A stretch of DNA of 64,000 nt from Prevotella sp. (lineage in GTDB: Bacteria > Bacteroidota > Bacteroidia > Bacteroidales > Dysgonomonadaceae): NCBI GenBank assembly GCA_031285625.1, contig JAITVV010000053.1:35180-99179 (forward strand), in the 5' to 3' direction. Positions 27,717 to 37,675 of the stretch are shown piece by piece. Each line of letters begins with the position of its first letter. Within the stretch, counting starts at the first letter, position 1. Position numbers and translations under genes: made by a program. The notes below the pieces were generated by a model that saw only the letters and a list, made by a program, of their open reading frames with translations, was not told the DNA's origin and did no database searches.

Positions 27717-30563
27717 TTAATTAATGAGACTTTTGTATTTAGTCATAAACTGTAAAGATTTGGAGCCCTCCTTAACTTTAAACCTGAATTGTTTCTCTTC
27801 ACCCGGATCAAGCTCATAATGGCGGTCGTCTCCTGTTTTTATCCCGTCAATGAATAATGATAATTTACCTGTATCTGTTATGTTTCCGGTATTGGTAACC
27901 AGTACATTGGCTGCACCATCTTCTACCGTTACCACAGTGATTGCAAAATCGGCAGCAAACTCCATAGGGTAATAGATCTCTCCATTTACTCCGTCTTTGC
28001 TGTTCTCGAAGCCTACGCTGTCTTTTATTTTGTCAGCAGCAATATATGCCGGGCTTTTTCCTCCAACCATAATCTTGAATGTGCCTTTTTCAACTACACG
28101 GTCCATTTGGTCGTTCAGTAACGATAATTGATAAGGAGTCAACATAAACGATACGGTTTTGGATTCTCCCGGATTCAGGTGTACACGGTCAAAGTCTTTC
28201 AGTTCCATTACACGTGTTTTTACGCTGGCATACATATCTGTTACATATAATTGTGCAACTTCGTCTCCGGCTTTTGTACCGGTATTTGTTACTGTAGCTT
28301 GTACAGAAACATTCCCATATTTATCTATAGAAGTTTTCAGGTCTGAGTAGCTGAATGAAGTATAGCTTAATCCATATCCGAAGCGGTATAGAGGATAATA
28401 AGGCATATCTTCGTATTGATAGACACGTCCGGATGTTTTGAAGTTGTAATATAATGGTAGTTGTGCTACATCTCTGGGGAAGGTCATAGGAAGACGTCCG
28501 GCAGGATTATAATCTCCAAAGATGACATCAGCGGTTGCATGCCCTCCTTCCTGGCCCGGTAGCCAGTTTACAAGAATTGCCTTGCAGTTCTTTGATGCAT
28601 AAGTGAGGTTGTAGGGACGTCCGGCTTGGAGAACCAATATCACAGGCTTTCCTGTCTTGCATACGGCTTCTAATAGCTTTTGCTGATCGCCTGGTAATAC
28701 TAATGTAGCATAATCATGGTTTTCACCCGATGTATTGCGGATACCTTTTAAGGCTTCGCTGGTAGAACAATCTCCCAGAACAAGAACTGCTACCTCTGCA
28801 CTCATAGCTGCTTTTACAGCTTTCTCTATTTCCGATCCCTCCGATCCTGTAAAATTACAACCTTTTTCATAAATGACTTTTGTACTGTTTCCTAATGTTG
28901 CTTTTATTCCGGTAAGAACAGATTTCAACTGGTTTGGCTGCGGTTTTGATGTATAATCTCCGGGCTGCAGGTTATCTGCTCCGGGACCTATAACTGCTAT
29001 TGTCTTTATTGTTTTAGATAATGGGAGCATGTTGTCTCTATTTTCTAATAATACGATTGACTCGCGTGCAACCCTAAGAGCTACTTCCTGATGTTCGGGA
29101 GAATTCCATCCCGGATAAATCTTGTTCCAGTCAAGGGCTTTAGATGGGTTATGCTCAAATAGTCCGTTTCTGAACAAGGTGCGTAGCATTGTTTTACATG
29201 TAAAGTTGAGGTCTTCCATATCCAGTTCACCTCTTACGGCTGCAGCTATTACTTCCGGATCGTTGTATGTATCTCCACAGTTTGTAGCTATTCCGGCTGC
29301 TAATGCCTGTCTGGCAGCTTCTATCCTATCCTTTGCAGTATAGTGTTTGCGGCTGGTAAGATTTCCCAGTGCGCCACAGTCGCTGACAATAAATCCATCA
29401 AATCCCCATTCGTCGCGTAAGATACCTTTCAGTAGTTCTTTACTTTTGGCTACCGGCACTCCCATGTAATCAGAATATGCCATCATGATAGACTGGCATT
29501 TGTACTTCTTTATCACATGGCGGAATGGTACAAGGTGTACTTCGCGCATTTCTCTTTCACTCAATCCTATATCATGTGAGTCGCGTCCACCGAGTGGTGC
29601 CCCATGAGCTGCAAAATGCTTGGGAGTTGTCATCAGCCCTCTCGACTGGTATCCTTTTATCCACGCACCACCTATTTCCGATACCAATACAGGGTCTTCA
29701 CCGTATGTTTCTTCGCAGCGGCCCCAGCGTGCGTCCTGTGCTACATCGAGTACCGGAGACCATGCCTGTATAGCATTGGCGCTTTTTGTTTCGTCTGCTA
29801 TTATCTGTGCAGCTTCTTCTATCAGTTTTTTGTTCCATGTAGCTCCCATGCCTATCGATTGCGGGAAGATAGTGGCTCCGCTACCATACGAAAATCCGTG
29901 GATTGCTTCTACTTTCATTACAGCAGGAATCCCCAGGTGCGGTACCCCCGGTATTCCCCATCCTTCGCGCAGTAGCTCCATCTTATCTTCTGTTGTCATT
30001 GCCGAAAGCAAGCTTTCAACACGTAGTTCTAACGGAAGGTCGGGATTCATGTATGGTCTGTTGTTCAGGTCAGAACTTGTTTTTCCTGTTTTAGAATCGG
30101 ATAAGAATACACGAAGTTCTTTTATTGATAGTTTACTAAAAGCCTGTGCTTTGATATTTATTTTTATATGTGCCCCATATTTAGGAGAAAAAGACAATAT
30201 ATATGTATCATCGTTTTCCGGTTTAACGGAGTACTGAACAACATTACCCGGGTTCATAGGATCATAAGTGATAAATATATCCAATGCATTCTGAAGACTT
30301 TGTAACGAAGCTCCGTCTGCTTGTAGTATTATTCTTTCCACATCGCCCGACTGCTGTAGGGTAAGAGTCAGCGTTTGCCCTTTTTTCAGGTCATTTGCTG
30401 ACAGGCTCCAGCCCGTTTTAGCGTCTTTGTCAAATATGTTTTTTGCAGATGCCTGATTAACTGAGGTTACTGCAGAAGCAATGTTTGTTTCCTGAGCTAT
30501 ACACAGATAACTAAAGAAAAAACAAAATATTAAAAAAATGCCTGTTCTTATTGATTTTTTCAT
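27717..30563 (-). CDS. GH3 beta-glycosidase with extra N- and C-terminal domains
   Basis: DARWGRCEETYGEDP, PKHF and GFIVSDC; about 150 aa of extra sequence precede the GH3 core. Confidence 0.9.
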   Translation of the reverse strand: MKKSIRTGIFLIFCFFFSYLCIAQETNIASAVTSVNQASAKNIFDKDAKTGWSLSANDLKKGQTLTLTLQQSGDVERIILQADGASLQSLQNALDIFITYDPMNPGNVVQYSVKPENDDTYILSFSPKYGAHIKINIKAQAFSKLSIKELRVFLSDSKTGKTSSDLNNRPYMNPDLPLELRVESLLSAMTTEDKMELLREGWGIPGVPHLGIPAVMKVEAIHGFSYGSGATIFPQSIGMGATWNKKLIEEAAQIIADETKSANAIQAWSPVLDVAQDARWGRCEETYGEDPVLVSEIGGAWIKGYQSRGLMTTPKHFAAHGAPLGGRDSHDIGLSEREMREVHLVPFRHVIKKYKCQSIMMAYSDYMGVPVAKSKELLKGILRDEWGFDGFIVSDCGALGNLTSRKHYTAKDRIEAARQALAAGIATNCGDTYNDPEVIAAAVRGELDMEDLNFTCKTMLRTLFRNGLFEHNPSKALDWNKIYPGWNSPEHQEVALRVARESIVLLENRDNMLPLSKTIKTIAVIGPGADNLQPGDYTSKPQPNQLKSVLTGIKATLGNSTKVIYEKGCNFTGSEGSEIEKAVKAAMSAEVAVLVLGDCSTSEALKGIRNTSGENHDYATLVLPGDQQKLLEAVCKTGKPVILVLQAGRPYNLTYASKNCKAILVNWLPGQEGGHATADVIFGDYNPAGRLPMTFPRDVAQLPLYYNFKTSGRVYQYEDMPYYPLYRFGYGLSYTSFSYSDLKTSIDKYGNVSVQATVTNTGTKAGDEVAQLYVTDMYASVKTRVMELKDFDRVHLNPGESKTVSFMLTPYQLSLLNDQMDRVVEKGTFKIMVGGKSPAYIAADKIKDSVGFENSKDGVNGEIYYPMEFAADFAITVVTVEDGAANVLVTNTGNITDTGKLSLFIDGIKTGDDRHYELDPGEEKQFRFKVKEGSKSLQFMTKYKSLIN

Positions 30564-30643
30564 CGGTATTATTGTTATTTGGGTTAAATATTTTTTCAGA
30601 AAATTTCAGGAAATGTGTTTTTCCGTTCGTTAAATTATATTTA

Positions 30644-30725
30644 CAAAATAAAGAGCAGGTTATTAAAAAAACTGGAAATCAGGACTTAATAAGATCATTA
30701 AAATTTGATTAATTTGTAATATTAA
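30644..30725 (-). promoter_or_regulatory. PUL promoter: -7-like TTATTTTG plus phased TTAA array
   Basis: caaaataa at 30644-30651; TTAA at 30663, 30686, 30698, 30709 and 30722. Confidence 0.6.
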
Positions 30726-30864
30726 TGAGGGTTTTCATTAAAAAAAGGAGTTTTAATATAAATCAGATATTATTTTGTTGGATTAAAAAAAGAAATAAAG
30801 TATTTTTACATTCGTTAGCTTATTTCGTATTGTGAAAATTATTTGGCTTACTACATAAATTCAG

Positions 30865-33432
30865 ATGAGAAAACTTCAGCTTACTGTATTATTCGTATTT
30901 GTTTCCGTATTGCTAAATACTGTACATGCCGATGATATAGACTATGGCTTGTTTATTAAGGCATTTCCTTTTAGCGACCATGAAAAGACATCTCTTGTTT
31001 TGGAGAATAACCAGCCTGTAAAACTGGGGAAAGAGACGGCTATGTCATTTGAGATGAATGTGCGTAAAGACAATGTCTTCGGAATTGTATTCCGGATGAT
31101 AACTAACAAGAAAGACAATATAGACCTGTTGTTTACCGTAGGAGAGAATGACAAACGTTATCCTATGCTTGTGGTAAACGAATCGGTGTTTATGATTACG
31201 CAGGAAATAAGTTGTAATCAGTGGGTTCCTGTGAGTATAACGTTTTCCTCTGCAAAAAATGAAATCACATTAAATTACGGGGAGTCAAAACTATCGGTTC
31301 CGTATCCTGTGTCACAGGTTAATAACGCAATGATTTCATTTGGGCTTTGTCCCTTCGAAGGGTATACCCTTTATGATATTGCCTCCGTTAATATAAGGAA
31401 TATAAAGCTAACAGAAGGAGGGAATACAACCCGTCTTTGGACACTGGAAAAACATGAAGGGAACAATAGTTTCGATTCGGTGTCGCAAGTACCTGCTATT
31501 GCTGCCAATCCATTATGGATAACTGATATTTATGCATCATGGGAAAAGATATATTCCAAACCTGTAAAAGAGAATGCATTATTTGCCTTTAATCCCGAAC
31601 AGAGTACTATATATATTGCGTCACCCGATTCTAAAGAAGTTATTGCATTTGATGCCGTACAGAAAAAGGAAAACCTGCTTCAGGTGAGAGATGGTATTAT
31701 AGCTGCAAATGCACCTAATCAACTGTTCTATGATCCACGTCGCAACCAGTTGGTATCTTATAATCTGGATGAAAATATTATCTCCCGTTTTTCATTTACC
31801 AGCAGCACGTGGGATAGCCATATAAAGCCTTTACTGGAACATGGGTATTGGAACAATTCAGTTTCTTATTCACCTTCCGATTCCACACTTATCTCTTTTG
31901 GTGGATATGGCTTTTATAAATACAATAATGACCTGATTCGCTTAGATATAGACAGGAAATCTATAAAGAAATCGAATCTTCCGGAAATCCCCCCCCGCTA
32001 TTCTACATCAACAGTTATCGTAAATAAGGTATTATATGTATTCGGCGGAAGAGGTAACAAGTCGGGTAGGCAGGAGTTATCACCGCGCAACTTCTATGAC
32101 TTTTATTCAGTAAATCTGCTTACCGAGCAAACAAATAAGCTATGGGAACTGGATAGTATAGACAGTGATTTTCTTCCAAGCGAAAATATGGTTTTTGACG
32201 AGAAAGAAAATTGTTTCTATGTTTTTACGTCTAAAGATGGCGGGACACTGCTAAGGATAAGAAAAGACAACAGTGGGTATGAGCAGGCATCTTATCCTAT
32301 ATATGAAGATCTGACCTCACATTATTTATATACTAACCTGTATTATTCTCCCGGTCAAAAGAAATTCTATGCGTTGGTAAACAAGATCAAGACAGATAAG
32401 TCGGCAGAGGTTTCCATATATTCGCTCAATTATCCTCCTGTAACAATAAAGATGGTAGACCCTGCCCTTGTACAGGCAGAAGATACCCAATCTTTATCGA
32501 AGTGGATAATGATAATAGGTATTATAACCGGACTTATCATTGCAGCATTGGTTTTATACTATCTGGTGAAGAAGCAGATGTCGCATAGGCGTACAGACCG
32601 TGTGGCAAATAATGTTTCAGATTATGTAGCTATTGCCGCCAATAAAGTAGAAAAAAGTAAAGAACCGGAGCAGCTTTATTATGATTTTTCTAAAAAATCC
32701 GTTTGCTTCCTCGGAGGCTTTAATGTGATGGATAAGAACGGGCAGAATATTACAGGGCAGTTTACCCCTATGCTCAAATACCTGCTTGTACTATTAATAT
32801 TGTCTACAGAGAAAGACGAAAAAGGTATATCCGGCAAAAAGCTGATCCAGTTATTATGGTACGATAAGAACGAAGAATCTGCAAAGAATAACCGCAATGT
32901 GTACCTGAGCAAACTACGTTCGGTTCTCGAGAATGTGGGTAATGCTGAGATAATCAACCAGAGTGGTTTCTGGACAATAAAGTTTAACGATATAGCTTGT
33001 GACTATGTTGAAGCAATGCGCTTATTCTCGGCAATAAAAGATAATAATGATTCAGAACAATCTGATATAGATCATCTACTTGAGCTGCTGTTGCGTGGCG
33101 TATTGTTACCAAACACAGAAGCCGACTGGGTAGACGGGTTTAAAAGTGATTTTTCGAATATGACGATAGATATACTCACCGAGCTGTCTCAGAGTAATTA
33201 CAATAAATTGACTGACGACCTTAAACTGAAAATTGCCGACACACTATTTTTGCACGATTTTATAAATGAGGAAGCATTATACCTGAAATGTTCTATTTTC
33301 TTTAACTCGGGGAAGAAAGGTATTGCAAAAACTATTTATGATAATTTCAGCAAAGAGTACTTCAATCTGCTGGGTACAAAGTATAAATATTCACTGACGG
33401 ATGTAGTAGAGAGGAAGAATTTAGAGCAATAG
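30865..33432 (+). CDS. Membrane-anchored PUL regulator: periplasmic Kelch sensor, TM helix, cytoplasmic SARP/OmpR-like winged helix
   Basis: Signal peptide, Kelch motifs FGGYG and YVFGGRG, hydrophobic WIMIIGIITGLIIAALVLYYLV, then FLGGF...LLW...NNRNVYLSKLR. Confidence 0.8.
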   Translation: MRKLQLTVLFVFVSVLLNTVHADDIDYGLFIKAFPFSDHEKTSLVLENNQPVKLGKETAMSFEMNVRKDNVFGIVFRMITNKKDNIDLLFTVGENDKRYPMLVVNESVFMITQEISCNQWVPVSITFSSAKNEITLNYGESKLSVPYPVSQVNNAMISFGLCPFEGYTLYDIASVNIRNIKLTEGGNTTRLWTLEKHEGNNSFDSVSQVPAIAANPLWITDIYASWEKIYSKPVKENALFAFNPEQSTIYIASPDSKEVIAFDAVQKKENLLQVRDGIIAANAPNQLFYDPRRNQLVSYNLDENIISRFSFTSSTWDSHIKPLLEHGYWNNSVSYSPSDSTLISFGGYGFYKYNNDLIRLDIDRKSIKKSNLPEIPPRYSTSTVIVNKVLYVFGGRGNKSGRQELSPRNFYDFYSVNLLTEQTNKLWELDSIDSDFLPSENMVFDEKENCFYVFTSKDGGTLLRIRKDNSGYEQASYPIYEDLTSHYLYTNLYYSPGQKKFYALVNKIKTDKSAEVSIYSLNYPPVTIKMVDPALVQAEDTQSLSKWIMIIGIITGLIIAALVLYYLVKKQMSHRRTDRVANNVSDYVAIAANKVEKSKEPEQLYYDFSKKSVCFLGGFNVMDKNGQNITGQFTPMLKYLLVLLILSTEKDEKGISGKKLIQLLWYDKNEESAKNNRNVYLSKLRSVLENVGNAEIINQSGFWTIKFNDIACDYVEAMRLFSAIKDNNDSEQSDIDHLLELLLRGVLLPNTEADWVDGFKSDFSNMTIDILTELSQSNYNKLTDDLKLKIADTLFLHDFINEEALYLKCSIFFNSGKKGIAKTIYDNFSKEYFNLLGTKYKYSLTDVVERKNLEQ

Positions 33433-33460
33433 TGAATATAAAATATAATCTTTTTTCATT

Positions 33461-33518
33461 TTAATAGTATATTAAGTGGTGTGTTAATAGTCTTATTAAT
33501 ATACATCACTTTTCTTTG
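33461..33518 (+). promoter_or_regulatory. PUL promoter: phased TTAA array plus -7-like TTTCTTTG
   Basis: TTAA at 33461, 33472, 33484 and 33496; tttctttg at 33511-33518. Confidence 0.6.
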
Positions 33519-33549
33519 TGTAAAATGAAAAACGTTATCTGTTAATACC

Positions 33550-35991
33550 ATGAAAAAATATTTTCTATTCTTTTCGCTTTTTGTTTTTAGTGTCCTTATC
33601 TCGAAAGCCGACGATACCAGACTCTGGTATAAGCGTCCGGCTAAAGAGTGGGTAGAAGCATTACCACTGGGTAATTCACGCCTCGGTGCAATGGTTTTTG
33701 GAAATCCTGCCAGAGAGCAAATCCAGTTGAATGAGGAAACGATGTGGGGTGGGGGACCTCATCGGAATGATAGCCCTAATATGTTAAAGGTGCTGAACGA
33801 AGTACGTTCGTTGATTTTCAGTGGAAAAGAAAAGGAAGCCGAAAACCTGCTGGATAAGAATATGCGCACACCGCACAATGGTATGCCTTACCAGACAATA
33901 GGTAACCTGTTTCTGGACTTTGCAGGACATAACAATTATTCCGGTTATTCGAGGCAGCTTGACCTGAAAACGGCAGTTGCTACAACAAAATATACAGTAG
34001 ATGGCATCACCTTTACCCGTGAGGCTTTTACTTCATTCACCGATAATGTAATTATTATCCGCATTACAGCCGACAGGGCTAACAGCATCAACTTTACTGC
34101 AGGGTACGATTCTCCTGTTGAGGGCTATACTGTATCAGCCAAAGGAGACAAACTTATACTGAAAGGGATGGGTTCGGAACATGAAGGGATAAAAGGTGTA
34201 ATCCGTTTCGAAAACCAGACACAGATTAAAGCGGAAGGCGGAAGCGTAAAAGCGGAAGGCAATAAGCTAACAGTTAAAGGAGCTAATTCGGCTACCCTTT
34301 ATATCTCCATAGCCACCAACTTTATAAACTATAAAGATGTAAGCGCCAATGAATCGAAAAAGGCTGCCGATTATCTGAAATCAGCTATCAGCAAGCCTTA
34401 TGCCGCTACATTAGCTGACCATATAAACTATTATCAAAAACAATTCAACCGTGTACAGTTCAATTTAGGCACATCTGCCGCTTCAAACGAAGAAACCGAT
34501 GTAAGGGTACGGAATTTCAAAGAAGGAAAAGACCAGAGTCTGGTGACATTGCTTTTCCAGTTTGGGCGTTACCTGCTTATCAGTTCTTCCCAGCCGGGCG
34601 GGCAGCCATCTACATTGCAGGGCATATGGAACGACCAGCTTGTTCCGCCGTGGGACAGCAAGTACACTATCAATATAAACACGGAGATGAACTACTGGCC
34701 GGCAGAGGTTACCAACCTGAGCGAAACGCATCAGCCGTTGTTTCAGATGCTACAGGAGCTCGCAGTAGCCGGACAGGAAACAGCGAAGGTAATGTATAAT
34801 GCCGGAGGCTGGGTAACACATCATAATACAGACCTTTGGCGCACTACCGGGCCTGTAGATGGTCCATTCTACGGTATGTGGCCAAATGGCGGGGCATGGC
34901 TCAGCCAGCATATGTGGCAACATTATTTATATACGGGAGATAAGGTTTTCCTGAAAGAAGCCTATCCTGTACTGAAAGGTGCAGCCGATTTCTTCCTCGA
35001 TTTCCTCACTGAGCATCCGACATATAAATGGATGGTGTCGGCTCCTTCCACTTCGCCCGAACAAGGCCCTCCGGGAAAAGATACAAGCATCACGGCTGGC
35101 TCTACAATGGACAACCAGATTGTTTTTGATGTGCTGAATAATGCGCTGGATGCTTCTAAGGCCTTAGGCTTAAATGATAATGCCTATGAGCAAAAATTGC
35201 AAAATATGATATCCCGTCTGGCGCCTATGCAGATAGGACGGCATAGTCAGTTGCAGGAGTGGCTGGGCGATTTTGATGACCCTAAGAACGACCATCGCCA
35301 TGTGTCACATCTCTACGGATTGTATCCAAGTAACCAGATATCTCCTTATTCGCACCCTACGCTTTTTCAGGCAGCTAAGAACTCCCTGCTTTACCGTGGC
35401 GACATGGCTACAGGCTGGTCGATAGGTTGGAAAATTAATTTCTGGGCGCGTCTGCTGGATGGAAACCATGTTCAGAAGATAATCACCAATATGTTATCAT
35501 TGGTAGAACCGGGAAATAATGACGGACGTACTTATCCTAACCTGTTCGATGCACATCCGCCGTTCCAGATTGACGGAAACTTCGGATTTACGGCGGGAGT
35601 TGCTGAAATGCTTCTCCAAAGCCATGACGGAGCTATTCATCTGTTGCCTGCCCTACCTGATAACTGGAAAAATGGAAGTATCAAAGGACTGATGGCACGC
35701 GGCGGTTTCGAAGTCACGTCTTTGGAATGGGATGGGGGAGAAATATCTTCTGTAACCATTACTTCTAAACTTGGTGGTAATATGCGCCTGCGTTCTTATA
35801 TACCTCTAAATGGCTCTGGGTTGCAACAGGCAAAAGGTATAAACCCTAACCCTTTATATAAAACAGCAAATATTAAGGAGCCATTAATATCTAAAGAGGT
35901 CAATCCTCAATACCCGCTATTGTATAAGGTATATGAGTATGACTTAGACACTCAGCCAAATCAATCATATACGTTCAGGAGGGGTAAGTAG
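33550..35991 (+). CDS. GH95 alpha-L-fucosidase/L-galactosidase
   Basis: [39 protein letters not shown] and [10 protein letters not shown]. Confidence 0.93.
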   Translation: MKKYFLFFSLFVFSVLISKADDTRLWYKRPAKEWVEALPLGNSRLGAMVFGNPAREQIQLNEETMWGGGPHRNDSPNMLKVLNEVRSLIFSGKEKEAENLLDKNMRTPHNGMPYQTIGNLFLDFAGHNNYSGYSRQLDLKTAVATTKYTVDGITFTREAFTSFTDNVIIIRITADRANSINFTAGYDSPVEGYTVSAKGDKLILKGMGSEHEGIKGVIRFENQTQIKAEGGSVKAEGNKLTVKGANSATLYISIATNFINYKDVSANESKKAADYLKSAISKPYAATLADHINYYQKQFNRVQFNLGTSAASNEETDVRVRNFKEGKDQSLVTLLFQFGRYLLISSSQPGGQPSTLQGIWNDQLVPPWDSKYTININTEMNYWPAEVTNLSETHQPLFQMLQELAVAGQETAKVMYNAGGWVTHHNTDLWRTTGPVDGPFYGMWPNGGAWLSQHMWQHYLYTGDKVFLKEAYPVLKGAADFFLDFLTEHPTYKWMVSAPSTSPEQGPPGKDTSITAGSTMDNQIVFDVLNNALDASKALGLNDNAYEQKLQNMISRLAPMQIGRHSQLQEWLGDFDDPKNDHRHVSHLYGLYPSNQISPYSHPTLFQAAKNSLLYRGDMATGWSIGWKINFWARLLDGNHVQKIITNMLSLVEPGNNDGRTYPNLFDAHPPFQIDGNFGFTAGVAEMLLQSHDGAIHLLPALPDNWKNGSIKGLMARGGFEVTSLEWDGGEISSVTITSKLGGNMRLRSYIPLNGSGLQQAKGINPNPLYKTANIKEPLISKEVNPQYPLLYKVYEYDLDTQPNQSYTFRRGK

Positions 35992-36111
35992 TTAATTCTC
36001 TTATTTATAAATCTGAAATGGTATTGCTCATGGCGGGCAGTACAGGGGATTGTTTGCTCTTTTTACATACGCTTCGCTCCTGTAACCATTGGTTGCAATG
36101 TAGTTAATACT

Positions 36112-36206
36112 CTCTTTGTCATGCTGAGGTACGAAGCATCTCGACTCTCAAAAGTTGGATACAAAGAGGAATGAGATTCTTCACTATCGTTCAGAATGAC
36201 AAAGAG
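36112..36206. repeat. REP-like doublet 8 (tandem with doublet 9)
   Basis: ctctttgtcATGCTgaggtacgaAGCATctc ... gagATTCTtcactatcgttcAGAATgacaaagag. Confidence 0.92.
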
Positions 36207-36228
36207 GAAAAAATAACGAGGTATTACT

Positions 36229-36350
36229 CTCTTTGTCATACTGAGTGCAACGAAGTATCTTGACTCTCAAAAGATAGATACAAAGAGAAAAGAGATTCTT
36301 CACTCCGTTCAGAAACAACGTCCGACGGAACGAAGTGTAGTCAATGACAA
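36229..36350. repeat. REP-like doublet 9, carrying the 28-bp insert
   Basis: tgtcATACTgagtgcaacgaAGTATct ... gttcagaa[acaacgtccgacggaacgaagtgtagtc]aatgacaa. Confidence 0.88.
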
Positions 36351-36389
36351 TACTAGACTTTAAATACAGAATTTTAAATAATATATAAT

Positions 36390-37652
36390 ATGAATCTTAA
36401 AGCTATTCTTTTACTATTATCCATTGCATGTTCTGTCTGTCTGACGGCACAGACCCGCAAACATGCAACCACAACCCAGTATCCCAGCTATAAAGGTCTG
36501 ATTATGGCAGGTTATCAGGGTTGGTTCATCGCTCCATCCGATGGTGTGATGCATGCCGATGAAAAACAGGTCAGGCTCGATATGTGGCCTGATGTAAGCG
36601 AATATGAAAAGACGTACCCAACAGGCTTGAAACTGGCGGATGGTTCCACTGCCCGCTTTTTCAGTTCTACCGATAAAAGTACGATTGACTTGCATTTCAA
36701 ATGGATGCAGCAATACGGTATAGATGGTGTATTTATGCAGCGTTTCTGGCATACTGCCCAACCTCAGGCACGTAATAGTGTTCGCACTGAAGTGATAAAA
36801 AACGGCTTTGAGGCGGCTTCCAAATATGGACGTGCTGCGGCTGTTATGTACGACCTTTCAGGATTGAAAGCATCGGGCGAAGATTGCTCAAGCCTTATCG
36901 AGGATTGGAAATTCCTGGTGGATGAACTAAAGGTCACTAACCAGTCAGGAAATAAAACCTATTTGCACCACAACGGAAAACCCCTTGTCGCTATCTGGGG
37001 CATAGGCTTTCCCGACAGGCCTTATAATATACGTAATATTGGTATAGAGCGTTTTATAGACTTCCTGAAAAACGATCCCGTGTATGGAGGATGCAGTGTG
37101 ATGCTGGGTGTGCCTACTTTCTGGCGCGATTTGAATTCAGATTGTATCAACGATCCTTATCTGCATACGGTTATCAGGCAGGCGGATATTGTTCTGCCAT
37201 GGACTGTGCAGCGATTTACCCCACTGTTGCACAACGATATGGATCGTTTCAGGGACTTGATTGTAGGCGATATAGAATGGTGTAAGCAAAACAATATAGA
37301 CTATGTGCCTTGTGTTACTCCGGGTTTCAGTTGGCACAACCTCAGCCGTTTTGAGTTTCCTGATGATGTAAAACCATCGGGTTCTATTCCTCGTCAGGGC
37401 GGACGTTTCTATTGGCAGCAATTATACACGGCAATCAATGCAGGAGCTTCGATGGTCTATGTTGCCATGTTTGACGAAGTGAACGAGGGCACAGCGATTT
37501 TCAAGGTAAGCGATAATCCTCCGGTAAGCGACATTGCTAAGTTTGTAGGTATGGATGGCATGCCTTCCGACCATTACTTGTGGCTCACAGGCGAGGCAAC
37601 GAAGATGATACGAAGGGAAATTCCATTGAGTTTTAAAATGCCAAAACGGTAG
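36390..37652 (+). CDS. GH71/GH99-like glycoside hydrolase, paralog of 1818-3128
   Basis: MAGYQGWF, HFKWMQQYG and AMFDEVNEGT. Confidence 0.75.
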   Translation: MNLKAILLLLSIACSVCLTAQTRKHATTTQYPSYKGLIMAGYQGWFIAPSDGVMHADEKQVRLDMWPDVSEYEKTYPTGLKLADGSTARFFSSTDKSTIDLHFKWMQQYGIDGVFMQRFWHTAQPQARNSVRTEVIKNGFEAASKYGRAAAVMYDLSGLKASGEDCSSLIEDWKFLVDELKVTNQSGNKTYLHHNGKPLVAIWGIGFPDRPYNIRNIGIERFIDFLKNDPVYGGCSVMLGVPTFWRDLNSDCINDPYLHTVIRQADIVLPWTVQRFTPLLHNDMDRFRDLIVGDIEWCKQNNIDYVPCVTPGFSWHNLSRFEFPDDVKPSGSIPRQGGRFYWQQLYTAINAGASMVYVAMFDEVNEGTAIFKVSDNPPVSDIAKFVGMDGMPSDHYLWLTGEATKMIRREIPLSFKMPKR

Positions 37653-37675
37653 GCAAATATAAAGAAGGATAAAAA

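Noticed and set aside
36015-36100. Two small hairpins after GH95 (gtattgctc/gggcagtac and tgtaacca/tggttgca)
   Set aside because: The stems are short, occur once, and match no RNA family I recognise. There is not enough support to call a feature.
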